IMG/VR virus record: IMGVR_UViG_3300042922_000707
Location: 12,233-76,232 of that record
Reading direction: 5' to 3' (one strand)
Length of the DNA: 64,000 nucleotides
DNA from: a virus
Both the position numbers and the translations under genes were made by a program. Of the stretch, positions 58,743 through 64,000 are shown in pieces. Position 1 is the first letter of the stretch. Every line of letters begins with the position of its first letter. The notes beneath the pieces were generated by a model, which had not been told where the DNA came from, did not search any database, and saw nothing but the letters and a program-made list of their open reading frames with translations.

Positions 58743-58914
58743 CTCTTATATATTCAACAATGCAACCCACTAACTTTCTGGGTAACACTAAAATCTTACT
58801 TATCCTGGCACGAAGTGTTGGGCTATAACAGTTATTGTTCGTCATAAAGTCGCATTTACCACCTAACTTCTTGCATGTTTTACAAACCCATGGCATAGTT
58901 CATTCCTCCTTCAT

Positions 58915-59229
58915 CTACATATCATCCTTACAGTGTATCCCACCCGGATACATATCATACCAAAATTCATCCTCCTCCTGTTCATCCCCAAAACTCAATT
59001 CTAGTGCATTGAATATTAAGGCAGGGTTTGCAATTGCAGTTCCACGCTCCTTTATGGAGTAAGTACGGTGGCAGAACGGATAATTACTGCAACCAAAAAA
59101 TCTTTGTTGTCCCTGTCTCACCACTAAAGTCCCATTTCCACAGTCGCATAGCACATCAGTAGGTGTTCCTTTACCAGCGTTAATCCATTCCCTTAAGGTT
59201 TCTTCACTCACTTGCTTAAAAGTACGCAT
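58915..59229 (-). CDS. Stand-alone topoisomerase-type C4 zinc ribbon protein
   Basis: CDCGNGTLVVRQG..RFFGCSNYPFC. Confidence 0.78.
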   Translation of the reverse strand: MRTFKQVSEETLREWINAGKGTPTDVLCDCGNGTLVVRQGQQRFFGCSNYPFCHRTYSIKERGTAIANPALIFNALELSFGDEQEEDEFWYDMYPGGIHCKDDM

Positions 59230-59233
59230 TTGA

Positions 59234-60203
59234 CTAACACCCATCCTTGGGCAGTAGGTCCGAAGCCTTCCCCATTATTATGTCTACTAATTTGTCTATG
59301 TCTTGCTCGCCTATGGGTCCACCATCCGCTCTGTCCATGTGTATTTCTATTGTGTCATGTACCATACTAAACGGTATTCCAGCCGCAATCAGCCTCTCCG
59401 CAATCTTACCCTCAAACATGACTTGTTCCGCCTGTTTGGACTGTTTTGCAAGGTGCTCAAATTTTACTATGTGCCCGCTTTCACACATTGGGCAACTCGC
59501 CTTTAGTCCCCCATTCGGTATTAAGTGCCTGTGCCCAAATTGGGGTTCAGTATTCAATATCCTAAGTGTTAAATCCTTATCAAACTTACCATTCATTGTA
59601 CGACCTCCTAATCACACATAAATTTCATTACACTAATTATATTAGATATTGCACCGATAGGTGTTGCCTTATCTAAATAAATGTGCTGTTCCCCATTTTT
59701 GCATATAGCCATCTGACCTGTTAGAGTGTTAATTATAAATGTATAGTCGTCAGTTCCGTAGTATTCTTTATTGATAACGCCTATGTTGGTTATAATGTAC
59801 AGCACATTGTCCTTTATTTGAGTCATTTGAGTCTGTTTATGCTCGTCACCCAGCCCAATTTTATTCAGTAACTTCTGTTTTGCCTCTATCAATTCTTTTG
59901 ATTCCTTCTCACAACATTGCAAGCAGAGTACTTCCTCATTTATAACAACTCCGTTGTCAACATTGCACGTAGAACTATCAAAACTTAGTTCCTCTTCACA
60001 TTGGGTACATTTTGTGTACAGTTTCATTATTTTAACCTCCTTAATAATTCTTCCTTTATGCAATCTGCGTAGCCCACTGTGGATATACAGTTTGGATTGA
60101 ATCTTGCCGCTCTCCAAAGGTGTGGGTATACTATAACCAATTCCTCATTTGTTAACTCTTTTGGGTCTCTCGGACCACTAATATCAATTCCTTCAACTTC
60201 CAT
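59234..60203 (-). CDS. Small hypothetical genes (59234-59596, 59608-60027, 60027-60203)
   Basis: RBS-supported; Cys pairs. Confidence 0.6.
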
Positions 60204-60204
60204 C

Positions 60205-60843
60205 TTATTTTTCCTCCAATTTATAAGGTCTATTCCAACATTCAATGCAATTCTTAAATTTAGTGCAGTCTTCCTCAGATGCTTTTCCAAAATAATTTTT
60301 AATGCATGTCTCCGGAATACCCCTCATATTTACGGGTATGTCGGGCAATTTTTCCCTCAGAACGCTTATGTAAGTCGCTACTGGATGCTCCTTAGCCCAG
60401 TTTTTAACCTGGTCAATGAATTTTTTGGGGTCCAGTTGCTCAAGTTCGTGGCAGGAAACATGTCTCTTGTTCATATATACACTGAATGAGCAATATTTGC
60501 ATTCATGTTGCCCAATACCATTACAGCTTTTTGTCATTCTAGCTTTGTGCGTTAAATACTCCAAAGCACTCATTTCCTGAGTTGCTTCTTTCTCTGTCAC
60601 CTCAAACGGCCTAAGTGAAAGGGCAACATATTTGATATATGGTCCGACTTCCTCCTGTCCTTGCACAAATGTAATTTCACGTTTGACTGACTTGCCTATA
60701 TAGATACCCTGTTTGTGCCCTTTTATTACTATCTTGTCTCCGATACTAAAGTATCCGTCGCTCTTTCTGACGATTATAAAATTTACTCTTCCGTCAGCAA
60801 GTGGCTCAAATTTTTCTTTTTGTACTGCAACTGAATGTTCCAT
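60205..60843 (-). CDS. Degenerate DUF3850/ASCH N-terminus fused to a Cys-rich domain
   Basis: F..L.DG...F...K.D..F.IGD...YIGK..R.ITFV; C-terminal C..CW. Confidence 0.55.
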   Translation of the reverse strand: MEHSVAVQKEKFEPLADGRVNFIIVRKSDGYFSIGDKIVIKGHKQGIYIGKSVKREITFVQGQEEVGPYIKYVALSLRPFEVTEKEATQEMSALEYLTHKARMTKSCNGIGQHECKYCSFSVYMNKRHVSCHELEQLDPKKFIDQVKNWAKEHPVATYISVLREKLPDIPVNMRGIPETCIKNYFGKASEEDCTKFKNCIECWNRPYKLEEK

Positions 60844-60986
60844 TTGAATCCTCCCTAGTTATTTATTTTACTCTAATTCTTGTTCCATCATATACGCTCT
60901 ACACAGTTGTTCATCCTCACATAAGTAGCAAACTGCATCCGTATCATCATATGTTCCAAAACATGGCATATAATTACCCAACCTTT

Positions 60987-61533
60987 CTATAATTCCCTGC
61001 CACAGAATGGGCAGTGGGATATATCTATACGCTCTTTGTTTAGTAGAAGGTGCTTACCAAGAGTATCAAACTCCATAACCTTTTCCCTATAGTTTACAAT
61101 GACACGGAACGTTCCGGTTAGGCCCATAGCACATTGAAATATTCTAATCTGACTTGCTATCAAGCACCTGCATGTTGAAGTATGAGAAACTTCACAATCC
61201 GCCGCTCCCTGTTCACTTTCAAACTCAATTCCACATACTTCACATTTCCATTTACTTGCCTTCATCTTTAACTGCCTCCAACTTAAGTCTTTCCTTCAAT
61301 GCCACTATGTCATCAAGCTGTTTATTGATTAGCTTGCGGTCCATTCCCTTGTCAACAAATAACATCAGTACATACAATTCGTAAAGTTCCTCCGGTGTCT
61401 TATCTTTGGCTAAATATTCCATGTCATGCATAAATATTTTAGACTCATAGTTTTGTTTCACCTGCTCACGTACTCTGTGCATTCTCTCTGGACTAAATGG
61501 TTCAAAGACTCCTTTTACCTTAGACATAATCAT
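60987..61533 (-). CDS. Two hypothetical genes (60987-61265 Zn-binding; 61252-61533)
   Basis: CEVCG...CPFCGREL; first genes after the promoter at 61590. Confidence 0.6.
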
Positions 61534-61589
61534 TTCTCCTTTTTATAAAAGTTACCCAAACCGGGCACCTAAATACTTAAACTTAGTAC

Positions 61590-61619
61590 ATTATAAAACC
61601 ACTCAGCGCCAACTGTAAA
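61590..61619 (-). promoter_or_regulatory. 18-bp-spacer class promoter heading the early operon
   Basis: TTTACA-N18-TATAAT, GA at spacer positions 10-11. Confidence 0.8.
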
Positions 61620-61658
61620 CAAATTATATTTAGGAGTTTTGCGAGCAATTTTACGAGG

Positions 61659-61709
61659 GTATAAATGTATTACCCTACTATTTTTTATGCCCTAAAGGCA
61701 GAATTAAGG
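61659..61709 (+). repeat. 51-bp bipartite intergenic element, copy in opposite orientation
   Basis: GTATAAATGTATTAC-N19-TAAA-GGCAGAATTAAGG. Confidence 0.8.
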
Positions 61710-62255
61710 GGCTACAGTATGCACTAAAACAGCGTGGTTGTTATGTTTATTAAGTTTTGGCGAAGCCAACTGATGTGTGAGGGCATTTTCACTCTAAAAA
61801 GCGTGATTTAAGCGGATTAATCTAAAATATTGTGGATACTTCCCTTAATTTAACCTTAGTTAAGATTGTGTGGATACTTCCAACAGTTTGTGCTGTAAAT
61901 TGGCATTCAAGTGCTTACGCCAAACATTCATAACAGGATTTACTTTTATACGGCGTGGTAATGGGGTGGGGGCAACTTTAGACTTTTATATTAGTGCCAG
62001 ATAGTATTTTAGTGCCAGATAGTACAGATTAGCCAGAAATGGCAAAAATTTTACCAGAGGTTGACCAGCGATTTAGTAATTTACGGTTGGGCACTTAAAA
62101 TCAGGGTAAACTTAAGGTGCCAAACAAGGGTGCCAACAGGAAATGCAGGCGTCAAGTCAGAAATGAAGAAATTCACTCAAATTGATATCAAGGACCATGT
62201 TATGCCAGCAGACAGTCGGGGTGTGACTTACGCTCTGGCCGGGTCACTTTCCCAC

Positions 62256-62698
62256 TTATCCACAGGATGTTGACAACTTGGCAGGGGTTGTGGATAACTA
62301 TTCCCGTATTGTGGACAACTTTGTGGATAATTTTAGCCAGGGTGTGGATAAAAATGTGGACAACTTGACGCAACTTTATTGTGGATAACTGTGCCAAACT
62401 GTGGATAACTAGTCAGCATGTGCATAACCCCCTTAAATTGTGGATAACTTGACAGCCTGTGCATAACTGCGATTAACTGTGGATAACTTGCCAGCCTGTG
62501 GATAAGTGTAATAAATTGTGGATAAGTGTTTGGCTTGTGGATAACTGCCAAATATTGTGGATAAGTAAAAAGCTGTGGATAACTTGACTAGCTGTGGATA
62601 AGTAGGCGCCTGTGGATAAAATTGTTAATAAGTTGTTGACAAGCTGTGTATAACTTTGACTGCCTGTGCTGTGGATAACTGCCCTAAACTGTGGATAA
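62256..62698. repeat. Dense DnaA-box array (about 25 boxes)
   Basis: 16 TGTGGATAA plus 1 TTATCCACA perfect; 2 TGTGCATAA, 1 TGTGTATAA, 2 TGTGGACAA, 3 two-mismatch boxes. Confidence 0.95.
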
Positions 62699-62774
62699 AA
62701 ATGGGTATTTTAAGCTAAATATCGAGCTCGTAAAAGGGCATTAAAGGGCAGAAAAAGGAGGCATAATACAAATG

Positions 62775-62944
62775 TACCCCTAAAATAAATGAGCGTCAAA
62801 GGTAATTAACGCATGCCAAAACAATTTTTAGTCGCTTATGCGTTTTCCCTATATATATAGTAATAGCATGGACAATTATAATAAAACAGCTTTGGCACTT
62901 TACCTGCCTTTTGGCACCGGTGTGGCTGTTTTATTTTAGGGGTA
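62775..62944. repeat. Perfect 15-bp inverted repeat, 140-bp spacer
   Basis: TACCCCTAAAATAAA (62775-62789) and TTTATTTTAGGGGTA (62930-62944). Confidence 0.75.
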
Positions 62945-63290
62945 TAAAAGTATGGGCAAGGGTGGGAACGTGTGGCAGTGGCCCGTTTACGAGCTGGCTG
63001 TTTGTGGGCAATTGGAGTGCTTGGCGGAATTAAGGGCTGTGGGAGCTTAAAATCGGATTTAAGGCAAGAACAATTGATATCAGCAGGCAACACAGTCGTT
63101 TTCCAAGTATTGCGTCAAAGTAGCACAAACGAGCTTGAGGGGCATAATACAACAGTTTTCTGGCGTGTATACTATAAAAATAATCTCTCACATTTTACAA
63201 AGTATTATTATACAATATTGTCACATTATTATGCAATAAAACAGTAGTCCACAGCCTAGTCATTGGAGCGTATACAGCCATTGTCTTTGT

Positions 63291-63736
63291 AAGTGCCTAA
63301 AATAGCCTACAGCCCCTATGTACAAACTAATCCTAAAAATGTACAGTTGTACAGTAAGTCGCTTGTCAAAGTGTTTTAAGTGCTGTCACGTTTATGTTTA
63401 CATTTGCTTATATATCTGTTTATGTGTTATTGTTTATATTTGTCGTATATATAATAATAGTTACCTGCCCTATTGATACCCGGCCGCCGTTTTTCCTTAC
63501 TTAATAGCCACAAAGTACTGTAGCCAGCTTTATACAGTTTTCCCATTATTTGCGTGACAGGCAATTTAACGAGCTGTCAAAGGTAAAGGCTGTCAAGTGC
63601 CTAAAATAGCCCACAGTACGTGCCAGCTATTGTTTGGGAAAAATATATAGTTGTTTATGCTTATCCTATTAATGCATGCTATAAACAGTTACCTGCCCTA
63701 TTTGGTACCCGGCCCCGGATTTTTAATACTTAGTGG
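63291..63736 (+). repeat. Two interleaved direct repeat pairs
   Basis: AAGTGCCTAAAATAGCCYACAG at 63291 and 63595; AGTTACCTGCCCTATT...TACCCGGCC at 63459 and 63687. Confidence 0.75.
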
Positions 63737-64000
63737 ACAATAGTTTAAATGGCTACAATAAAGCAATTGCAATATCTACAGGCTACAGTGCCCAAAACGG
63801 CGCCTAACAAATGTTCACATACATGTTAGTATATTTATACCTTAGTGCCAAACATGCATTTTCCAGCCACAAATGCCATAAATTGCCGTTTAATGCATGT
63901 TCGTTATTGCTACATGCTAAAATACTATAATAATTAAATATGTACTAAAAAGCCTGGTACCTGCTCATTTTACCTGCTTTACCGGCTGGCGTACTTTTTA

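Larger units (their letters stand above)
1..61533 (-). mobile_element. Large tailed phage (siphovirus-like) genome segment, Bacillota host
   Basis: Contiguous minus-strand terminase, portal, capsid, tail, lysis and replication modules; strong GGAGG RBSs; no host housekeeping operons. Confidence 0.95.

Noticed and set aside
778-61384. Plus-strand ORFs in the six-frame track
   Set aside because: They are antisense shadows of longer, motif-bearing minus-strand genes, with Ser/Phe/Ile-rich composition and no evident RBS.
1-61533. Stop-codon reassignment
   Set aside because: TAA, TAG and TGA all end genes, and known proteins are full length under the standard code.
62217-62253. GC-rich hairpin left of the array as a tRNA or terminator
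   Set aside because: No cloverleaf, T-loop or U tail; no tRNA gene was recognised anywhere in the window by eye.
62200-62551. ORFs 62200-62397 and 62333-62551 with repeated IHK/IHR/YPQ peptides
   Set aside because: These are translations of the TTATCCACA boxes in different frames; no RBS, and the 19-20 bp period does not preserve frame.
62256-62698. CRISPR array interpretation of the repeat-spacer pattern
   Set aside because: The repeat is only 9 bp and matches the DnaA box; spacers are about 10 bp; no cas genes.
61620-64000. Host chromosomal oriC adjacent to a prophage
   Set aside because: No dnaA, dnaN, rpmH or gidA coding sequence in 1.3 kb downstream, no att/integrase, and a phage-specific motif flanks both sides. 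Disfavoured but not fully excluded without more sequence.

Overview
The window is about 61.5 kb of a large tailed dsDNA phage of a low-GC Bacillota (probably Clostridia-like) host, followed by about 2.4 kb of non-coding DNA. All credible genes are on the minus strand, so transcription runs right to left through: (i) small early genes with an ATP-dependent ligase, DUF932, CYTH and ASCH-like proteins (49.5-61.5 kb); (ii) terminase, PBSX/XkdE-G-like head genes and a non-contractile tail with a -1 frameshifted chaperone and a short tape measure; (iii) about 15 kb of tail-appendage genes (SPRY, discoidin, ConA-like, DNRLRE-like); (iv) a lysis cassette with an M23 endolysin; (v) a self-contained replisome (SNF2 helicase, MerR-like HTH, initiator with internal iterons, DnaC-like loader, DnaB, primase, sigma factor, gp32-like SSB, PolA, DnaX-like clamp loader). 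The most striking signal is a 443-bp array of about 25 DnaA boxes (17 perfect TTATCCACA) at 62256-62698, with regular 19-20 bp phasing and non-repeated spacers. The phage already has its own iteron-type origin, so the array is a candidate DNA decoy for host DnaA. Other notable observations are a nine-member promoter class with a fixed 18-bp spacer and invariant mid-spacer GA, a dispersed 51-bp bipartite intergenic element, and a prohead protease split across two genes. All assignments come from motif recognition by eye; no searches were run.
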